Virus record (IMG/VR): IMGVR_UViG_3300009155_004654
Location: 1-52,459 of that record
Strand: one strand, 5' to 3'
Origin: a virus
Lineage: Duplodnaviria; Caudoviricetes
Length of the DNA: 52,459 nt
In this document: positions 52,191 to 52,459 of the stretch, one piece after another
Numbering within the stretch: the stretch's first letter is position 1
How the letters are laid out: each line of letters opens with the position of its first letter
Made by a program: the position numbers and the translations under genes
Notes under the pieces: generated by a model
What the model saw: the letters and a program-made list of their open reading frames with translations, nothing else
The model's database searches: none
What the model was told of the DNA's origin: nothing

Positions 52191-52459
52191 ACTTATAATA
52201 TTTGATTTAGATGGAGTATTAGTAGATGCTTGCGAGTGGCACAGAGTTGCATTAAATAAAGCACTAAAGCAAGTATGTGATTATGAAATAAGCTTAAATG
52301 ACCATTATAAAGATTATAATGGTATACCAACAAAAATAAAATTAAATAAATTATTTGAAAAAGGTATAGTGAGTTCTAGTGATTTTGTATTAATTGAAAA
52401 ATTAAAACAACATTATACTATTGAATTGATAAACGAAACAGCTTGTATAAGACAAGAAA
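52183..52459 (+). CDS. HAD-family phosphatase (partial, runs off window)
   Basis: GTG start; LIIFDLDGVLVDACEWH motif I. Confidence 0.8.
   Translation, partial: MIELIIFDLDGVLVDACEWHRVALNKALKQVCDYEISLNDHYKDYNGIPTKIKLNKLFEKGIVSSSDFVLIEKLKQHYTIELINETACIRQE

Noticed and set aside
1-52459. Stop-codon reassignment, introns/inteins, reverse transcriptase/DGR, integrase
   Set aside because: TAA, TAG and TGA all end conserved genes at expected places; no split genes, intein motifs, RT or recombinase motifs seen
52183-52459. Calling the HAD protein GmhB
   Set aside because: Motif is DLDGV with a cap-type continuation rather than GmhB DRDG; gene is truncated

Overview
A 52.5 kb segment of a large lytic dsDNA phage with T4-like/jumbo-type organisation. 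The host is probably a Myxococcota bacterium, inferred from a CglF/GltF-like gliding-protein homolog and lipoproteins with ultra-short 'MLLxxxxAC' signal peptides. All genes but one are on the + strand. Layout: (1) 1-2.9 kb: end of a tRNA array, HNH/EndoVII nucleases, thioredoxin. (2) 2.9-22 kb: early region with >20 sigma70-like promoters (TTG(A/C)CN-N16/17-TAAG). It holds about 30 small paralogous 'F(K/N)(I/V)GD(L/I)V' KOW/SH3-like proteins, four CCHC zinc-knuckle proteins, a split MoxR AAA+ / DUF2201-VWA pair and three structured non-coding blocks. (3) 22.3-39.3 kb: late region driven by an ACTA(T/A/C)TTA motif, in which many unrelated enzymes share one of two N-terminal tags resembling T4 capsid-targeting sequences. 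These enzymes are three atypical protein kinases, an ADP-ribosyltransferase-like protein, a permuted papain-like enzyme and a DEDDh exonuclease. (4) 40-52.5 kb: metabolic/lysis genes (SpoU methyltransferase, PIN-PhoH, PD-(D/E)xK nuclease) and a glycosyltransferase + ADP-heptose (split HldE) cluster. Best candidate new systems: a modular, tag-addressed virion-delivered effector arsenal; a late-expressed phage CglF; and a covarying G-rich hairpin element. All product calls come from motif recognition only; no database searches were run.
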